NCBI RefSeq assembly: GCF_000012345.1
Contig: NC_007205.1
Span: forward strand, 900,001 to 932,000
Source of the DNA: Candidatus Pelagibacter ubique HTCC1062
GTDB lineage: Bacteria > Pseudomonadota > Alphaproteobacteria > Pelagibacterales > Pelagibacteraceae
Direction: 5' to 3'
DNA: 32,000 nucleotides
In this document: positions 27,564-32,000 of the stretch, in pieces
How positions within the stretch are numbered: the stretch's first letter is position 1
Layout: every line of letters starts with the position of its first letter
The notes under the pieces: model-generated
Told to the model about the DNA's origin: nothing
Databases searched by the model: none
Seen by the model: the letters and a program-made list of their open reading frames with translations, nothing else
Program-made: the position numbers and the translations under genes

Positions 27564-28000
27564 TGCCTAAGGCATCAGTTAAAAGAAGTATAAATAAAAA
27601 AAAAAATAAACTTATTGAGTTTGTTTTGGATATCGAAAAATATCCAGAATTCATCCCTTTTTGCCTAGACTCAAAAGTCTACGATAGAAAAGATGAAAAT
27701 AATCAAATTTTAATCATAGCAGATTTAACAATTGGAAAGGGTCCTTTTAGCGATACTTATAAAAGTGACGTTAGATTTAATAAAAAAGATGACACGATTA
27801 ATGTTACTAATTTAGATGGACCACTAAAACATTTACAAAATAATTGGAAATTTATAGAAAATAATAACATCACTGAGGTTTATTTTGATGTTGATTTTGA
27901 AATTAAAAATAAGTTTTTAAATTTGTTAATGGAAAAATCTTTTGAATTTGGTTTAAATAAAATTGCTGATGCTTTTCAAAAAAGAGCTGAAACAGTATAA
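27563..28000 (+). CDS. SRPBCC-fold protein, RatA / COQ10-like (cyclase/dehydrase family), 145 aa
   Basis: The motifs YPEFIPFCLDSKV and LQNNWKF are typical of the RatA/COQ10 START-like family. A position directly after lipA is common in Alphaproteobacteria. The start overlaps the lipA stop (TAATG). Confidence 0.8.
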   Translation: MPKASVKRSINKKKNKLIEFVLDIEKYPEFIPFCLDSKVYDRKDENNQILIIADLTIGKGPFSDTYKSDVRFNKKDDTINVTNLDGPLKHLQNNWKFIENNNITEVYFDVDFEIKNKFLNLLMEKSFEFGLNKIADAFQKRAETV

Positions 28001-28017
28001 AAAATTTAAAAAACTGC

Positions 28018-28476
28018 TCAAATTAAAGAGCTAACAATATCCAAGGCCCTTTTAACTGAAGCTTTTTGAATTGAGCTTCTTGTTTTTTGTTTAAAAATAT
28101 TTTTTGTTATCACCAATTTATTGGATCTTTTTACTCCTATATAGACTAATCCGATGGGTTTGTTTTTAGTTGCGCCATTAGGACCTGCAATTCCAGTGAC
28201 AGATACATTTATTTGAGCTTTAGAAATCTTTGTTAAATTTTTAACCATAGCCTCACAACATTCAGCACTAACAGCACCATATTTCTTAATAATATTTTTA
28301 TTTACTTTTAAAATATTGATTTTTGCTTGATTAGAATAGGTAATAAGACCTATGTTAAATACTTTAGATGCACCACTAATAGAAGTAATAGATGCAGCTA
28401 ACAGCCCTCCTGTGCAAGACTCGGCAAAAGATATTTTAAGTTTTTTTTTGATTAATTTTTTTACAATATTTTTCAT
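28018..28476 (-). CDS. pncC: CinA C-terminal-domain protein / nicotinamide-nucleotide amidohydrolase (PncC-like)
   Basis: Matches the family: AESCTGGLLAASITSISGAS.VF..G.ITYSN.AK, KYGAVS.E, VS.TGIAGP.GA...KP.GLVYIG. I prefer the ATG at 28476-28474, which overlaps the pgpA TAA by 1 nt (TAATG). The ORF track extends to 28509, adding 11 unconserved residues. Confidence 0.88.
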   Translation of the reverse strand: MKNIVKKLIKKKLKISFAESCTGGLLAASITSISGASKVFNIGLITYSNQAKINILKVNKNIIKKYGAVSAECCEAMVKNLTKISKAQINVSVTGIAGPNGATKNKPIGLVYIGVKRSNKLVITKNIFKQKTRSSIQKASVKRALDIVSSLI

Positions 28477-28979
28477 TATAAAATATAATTCTTTAAAATC
28501 ATGAAACATACAAGGGTTAGAACCACATAAAAACCAGCACAGATATCATCCATAATTACACCAAAACTATTCTTAAAGTTTTTATCAAAAAAGTTTACAG
28601 GAAATGGCTTCATGATATCAAAATATCTAAAAAGAATAAAAAATAGAGCATAATAAACGATAGCTTCACCACCATCTTTTGTTGTTCCATGTGATATCTC
28701 ATAAAGATATATAGGAATTGATTGACCTAAAAATTCATCAATTATTATTTCACCAGGATCCTTATTTTCACTATTTTCTATATAACTTGAAACAGCATAA
28801 AATGAGTAAATAAATATTATTATCAATCCAAATAAAATTATATTTGGTGAAATATTTAAAGTGTGAAATAGATAATAAAGAATAATTACAGTCGCCAGTG
28901 ACCCAAATGTTCCAGGCATATATTTAATTTTACCAAGACCAAACATAGTAACTAATAATGAGTTGAAGGAATTAATCAT
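28476..28979 (-). CDS. pgpA: Phosphatidylglycerophosphatase A
   Basis: PgpA signatures are present: FGLGKIKYMPGTFGSLA, IIIDEF.GQ, FRYFDIMKPFP and DD..AG, plus hydrophobic helices. The gene overlaps ispDF by 8 nt. Confidence 0.9.
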   Translation of the reverse strand: MINSFNSLLVTMFGLGKIKYMPGTFGSLATVIILYYLFHTLNISPNIILFGLIIIFIYSFYAVSSYIENSENKDPGEIIIDEFLGQSIPIYLYEISHGTTKDGGEAIVYYALFFILFRYFDIMKPFPVNFFDKNFKNSFGVIMDDICAGFYVVLTLVCFMILKNYIL

Positions 28980-30087
28980 TTTTAATAACTGAGGCTATAA
29001 CTTCACAAGCTATAGCTTTTTCTTTACCAATTACACCTAACTTTTCAGTTGTTTTACCTTTTATATTAATTTGAGTGGGAGAGATATTACAAATTTTTGC
29101 AATACAGTTTAATATTTGTTTTTTATATTTTTGAATTTTAGGTTTTTGAGTAATGATATTAATATCAAGATTATTTATTAGATAACCTTTTTTTAGAGTT
29201 TGCTTAATTATTTCACTTAATAGAATTGTAGATCTAATATTTTTAAATTTCTTATTCTTATCTGAGAATTTTTCACCAATATCACCCATAGAACACGCTC
29301 CAAGTATAGCATCTGTTACAGCATGTAACACAGGATCTCCATCAGAATGACCTAATGTGCCAATAGGTGAGGGTATTTTAACCCCACCTAAATAAAGTTT
29401 TTTGTTAGGCACTAACCTATGAACATCAAAACCTATTCCAAATTTTATTAAATTATTAAATTTAATATCTGAATTTATTGTAATTTTATTATTAGTAGTT
29501 TCGCCCTTTATAATCTTTATTTTTTTACCAGCTCTTACAAATAAGTTAGCATCATCAGTAACTTCCTCACTTTTATTATTTTGAAGTTCAAAAAGTTTTT
29601 TATAGTTAAATGCTTGAGGTGTTTGGATTAAGTAAATATTTTCTCTTTTTAAATTTTTAACATTATTCGATATTTTCTGCTTAACTGTATCTGCAGTTTG
29701 AATTGCGGGAATTACACAATCATTTAATTTTAATTCATTCATTAATTTATTTAAAAGTTTTAAAGAAAAATTTGGTCTTGCAGCATCATGAATTATTACA
29801 TTTTTAAAATTATTTTCTTTAATACTTTTTAAGGCATTATAAGCAGACTCTGCTCTTGTTTTTCCACCTGTGATAATTCTGATGTTTTTAATATTAAGTT
29901 TCTTGATAAAATTTTTGTGTTTTTTATTTACTACCAGAACAATTTTATTAAATTTATTAAAAACTTTAGCTTTATCAATTGAATGCAATAATAAAGGTTT
30001 ACCTTTATAATTTGTGTAGGGTTTTGGAGTATTTGAATTAAATCTTTTACTTTCACCTCCAGCAAGTATTATAAAGCAACTATTCAT
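28972..30087 (-). CDS. ispDF: Bifunctional 2-C-methyl-D-erythritol 4-phosphate cytidylyltransferase / 2-C-methyl-D-erythritol 2,4-cyclodiphosphate synthase
   Basis: The N-terminal IspD part includes ILAGGESKRF, GG.TR..S and IHDAARP. The C-terminal IspF part includes GIGFDVHRL, GHSDGDPVLHAVTDAILGA...GDIG..F and ATT.E.LG. I chose the ATG at 30087 (MNSCFIILAGG). The ORF-track start at 30105 is a GTG six codons upstream. Confidence 0.95.
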   Translation of the reverse strand: MNSCFIILAGGESKRFNSNTPKPYTNYKGKPLLLHSIDKAKVFNKFNKIVLVVNKKHKNFIKKLNIKNIRIITGGKTRAESAYNALKSIKENNFKNVIIHDAARPNFSLKLLNKLMNELKLNDCVIPAIQTADTVKQKISNNVKNLKRENIYLIQTPQAFNYKKLFELQNNKSEEVTDDANLFVRAGKKIKIIKGETTNNKITINSDIKFNNLIKFGIGFDVHRLVPNKKLYLGGVKIPSPIGTLGHSDGDPVLHAVTDAILGACSMGDIGEKFSDKNKKFKNIRSTILLSEIIKQTLKKGYLINNLDINIITQKPKIQKYKKQILNCIAKICNISPTQINIKGKTTEKLGVIGKEKAIACEVIASVIKND

Positions 30088-30120
30088 GATAAAAATATAT
30101 AACACATTATTTTGTTCAAA

Positions 30121-31902
30121 ATGATTGATTTTATTAAAAAAAATATATTCATCATTCTAGTATTTTTAATTACTTTATTCATAGGTTTTATAACTTTTTT
30201 AACGTTTATTGATAAAAGTTTTTTAAAATTATCTGATGACAATCTCCAACTATTATTAATTGGAAATATTGCATTGTTAATACTTCTTTTTTTTATGATA
30301 TTTTCAGAAGTAAGAAATTCTTTAAAGATAGATGTTGATGTAAGTGGCTCTAAAGCCAATAGAAAATATATAACATTCTTTGCATTATTTACTTTAATTC
30401 CTTCGATTTTAATTTCTTTATTTTCATTATTTCTCCTTTCATTTGCTCTTGATAAATATTTAGATAAAAAAATAACAACAGCTGTTAATAATTCTTATGA
30501 AATTGCAAAAAGCTATACTGAGGAAGTTAGAACAAAAACACAATCAGAAATAATTTTAATAGCATTTGATTTAAACAAAAGTATCAATTTTTTAAATACA
30601 AATATTAATCAATTTAAAAGTTTTCTTAAAACTCAAAAACTAATTAGAGGTATGGATGAAGTTCATATTATTGAAGGTAATGGAAATTTATATTTATCAA
30701 CTTTAGAAGATACTACTTTATATACACCTCCTTTAAGTGATGCTTTAGAAATGGTCCAAAATGATAAAAGACCACTTAAGATTATTAATGCTTATAAAAA
30801 TCAAACAGCATCTATTATAAAGCTTGAAAACTTTGAAGGTAAGTATTTATATATTGTAAAGTATTTAGATAAAAAAATTTCTCAATATTTACTAGAATCT
30901 CAAGAAGCTCTTAATTTTTACTACACAGTTTTAAATAAACAAACCGGGATTAAGATATCATTTGTATTTATTTATCTAGTTATAGTTTCACTATTATTAT
31001 TTTTATCCATATCAATAGCTATAAGATTTTCATCAAGATTTTTTAGGTCTATTAATAATTTAATTATTGCATCATCCAATATTGGAAAAGGTAATCTAGA
31101 TATTAAAGTACCAGAAATTAAAACTGATAAAGACATGGAGATTTTAAATCAAAATTTTAATTTAATGATAGATAAATTAAAATCACAACAAGAAAAAATT
31201 ATAATAAAAGAAAGACACGAAGCTTGGGAAAATTTAGCTAGAAAATTAGCTCATGAAATTAAAAATCCACTCACACCTATTCAATTAACTATCGATAAAT
31301 TGAAAAATAAATATTCTGAAAAAATAGCAGATCATGAAAAAGAAGATTTTTCCAAAAGTTTATTAATTATTGGAAAGCAAATTAAACAAATTGAAAATTT
31401 AGTTAATGAATTTTCTGATTTTGCAAGAATGCCAAAACCAATTCTCAAAAATAACAACCTAGTTTCTTTGATAAAAGATAATGTTAAATTAATAAATGAA
31501 TTAGATAATGAAATCATAATTGATTTTAAATCAAGTAAATCTAAAATTCTTTTAAACTCTGATAGTGAACAATTAAGCAGAGTTTTCTTCAATTTAATTA
31601 AAAATTCTATTGAAAGTATACAGGATAAGAAAATTAATAATGTTAATTTTAATGGAAAAATCGATATCTCTATAAATGAGAATGAGGAAATAATTAACTT
31701 CATAATTATCGATAATGGATTAGGATTTGGAATATTTAAAAACAATATAAAAGACATTCTAAATCCTTATTTTACAACTAAAAAAAAAGGTACGGGCTTA
31801 GGTTTATCTATTGTTAATAAAATAATAAATGATCATAATGGTAAAATAAATTTTATATCACTTGAAATGGGTGCAAAAATTGAAATTACATTTACAAAAT
31901 AA
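30121..31902 (+). CDS. ntrY: Sensor histidine kinase, NtrY-like
   Basis: The protein has multiple N-terminal TM helices, an extracytoplasmic segment, a TM helix and a HAMP-like region (FFRSINNLIIASSNIGKGNLDIKVP...MEILNQNFNLMIDKL). The H-box LAHEIKNPLTPIQL is characteristic of NtrY. HATPase N/G boxes are present (FFNLIKNSIES, DNGLGF, TTKKKGTGLGLSIV). A response-regulator gene follows. I prefer the ATG at 30121; the ORF-track start at 30112 is a TTG. Confidence 0.85.
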   Translation: MIDFIKKNIFIILVFLITLFIGFITFLTFIDKSFLKLSDDNLQLLLIGNIALLILLFFMIFSEVRNSLKIDVDVSGSKANRKYITFFALFTLIPSILISLFSLFLLSFALDKYLDKKITTAVNNSYEIAKSYTEEVRTKTQSEIILIAFDLNKSINFLNTNINQFKSFLKTQKLIRGMDEVHIIEGNGNLYLSTLEDTTLYTPPLSDALEMVQNDKRPLKIINAYKNQTASIIKLENFEGKYLYIVKYLDKKISQYLLESQEALNFYYTVLNKQTGIKISFVFIYLVIVSLLLFLSISIAIRFSSRFFRSINNLIIASSNIGKGNLDIKVPEIKTDKDMEILNQNFNLMIDKLKSQQEKIIIKERHEAWENLARKLAHEIKNPLTPIQLTIDKLKNKYSEKIADHEKEDFSKSLLIIGKQIKQIENLVNEFSDFARMPKPILKNNNLVSLIKDNVKLINELDNEIIIDFKSSKSKILLNSDSEQLSRVFFNLIKNSIESIQDKKINNVNFNGKIDISINENEEIINFIIIDNGLGFGIFKNNIKDILNPYFTTKKKGTGLGLSIVNKIINDHNGKINFISLEMGAKIEITFTK

Positions 31903-32000
31903 TGAGTACTGAAATATTAATTATTGATGATAATGCAGATATTAGAAACATTATTAATGATCTAATAATTGAAGCTGGTTACAAAACAAGATTAGCTGCA
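31902..32000 (+). CDS. ntrX: Response regulator receiver domain, NtrX-like, 3'-truncated by the window edge
   Basis: ATG overlaps the ntrY TAA by 1 nt (TAATG). The translation MSTEILIIDDNADIRNIINDLIIEAGYKTRLAA is a typical REC-domain N-terminus with an acidic DD pair. Only 33 codons are visible, so the ntrX name rests on its position after ntrY. Confidence 0.7.
   Translation, partial: MSTEILIIDDNADIRNIINDLIIEAGYKTRLAA

Noticed and set aside
27563-28000. The RatA-like SRPBCC protein could be a toxin of a toxin-antitoxin pair.
   Set aside because: There is no adjacent small antitoxin ORF. The gene sits in the conserved lipA-SRPBCC arrangement typical of Alphaproteobacteria, where it is a housekeeping COQ10/RatA-family protein.
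28477-28509. Longer N-terminal extensions appear in the ORF track: cinA to 28509, ispDF GTG at 30105, ntrY TTG at 30112.
   Set aside because: The extensions add unconserved residues ahead of canonical ATG starts. Those ATG starts either overlap the upstream stop (TAATG for cinA) or directly precede conserved N-terminal motifs (MNSCFIILAGG for IspD). I cannot exclude the longer forms without experimental data.
19774-31757. Antisense or overlapping ORFs lie inside core genes (19774-19971, 20265-20447, 22932-23162, 23562-23750, 25571-25789, 25880-26095, 26789-26986, 30084-30359, 31332-31757).
   Set aside because: Each lies entirely opposite a confidently identified conserved gene (M50, pyrG, eno, lipA, ntrY/ispDF) and encodes low-complexity I/L/F/K/S-rich sequence. 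They look like by-products of AT-rich sequence.
1-32000. I searched for mobile elements, integrases, tRNA/rRNA genes, defence systems and riboswitches.
   Set aside because: No ORF resembles a transposase, integrase, Cas or restriction enzyme. Non-coding space totals only a few hundred bp, with the largest gaps at 77 and 87 bp, which is too little for structured RNA genes. No terminal inverted repeats flank the giant-gene module within the window.

Overview
This is an AT-rich, very gene-dense window with alphaproteobacterial gene order. It looks like a streamlined marine SAR11/Pelagibacterales-type genome, which is an inference from composition, synteny and the 1-11 nt gene overlaps. More than half of the window (nt 2-17707) is the 3' part of one giant ORF whose 5' end lies upstream of the window; the GTG at 452 in the ORF track is internal. 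It encodes at least 5,901 aa of acidic protein in which I saw no Cys. By eye I count about 31 VCBS-like modules of ~127 aa, 8 complete cadherin-like 'DVP' modules of ~125 aa plus one partial, two five-bladed beta-propeller-like inserts, and a non-repetitive ~360-aa C-terminus with no RTX nonapeptides. Fourteen bp downstream sits a translationally coupled three-gene operon (17722-21865): a secreted membrane-fusion protein (MFP), a GAF-like/TM/MFP protein, and a PqqD-like/M50 site-2-protease/MFP fusion. No ABC, RND, MFS or outer-membrane partner is in the window. I consider this the best candidate for an undescribed export, processing or anchoring system for the giant protein. An orphan type IV pilin-like gene follows. 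The rest is ordinary core metabolism: pyrG-kdsA-eno-ftsB-lipA-SRPBCC on the plus strand, cinA(pncC)-pgpA-ispDF on the minus strand, then ntrY and the start of ntrX. I found no rRNA, tRNA, CRISPR, IS or integrase signal. The longest intergenic gaps are 77 and 87 bp.
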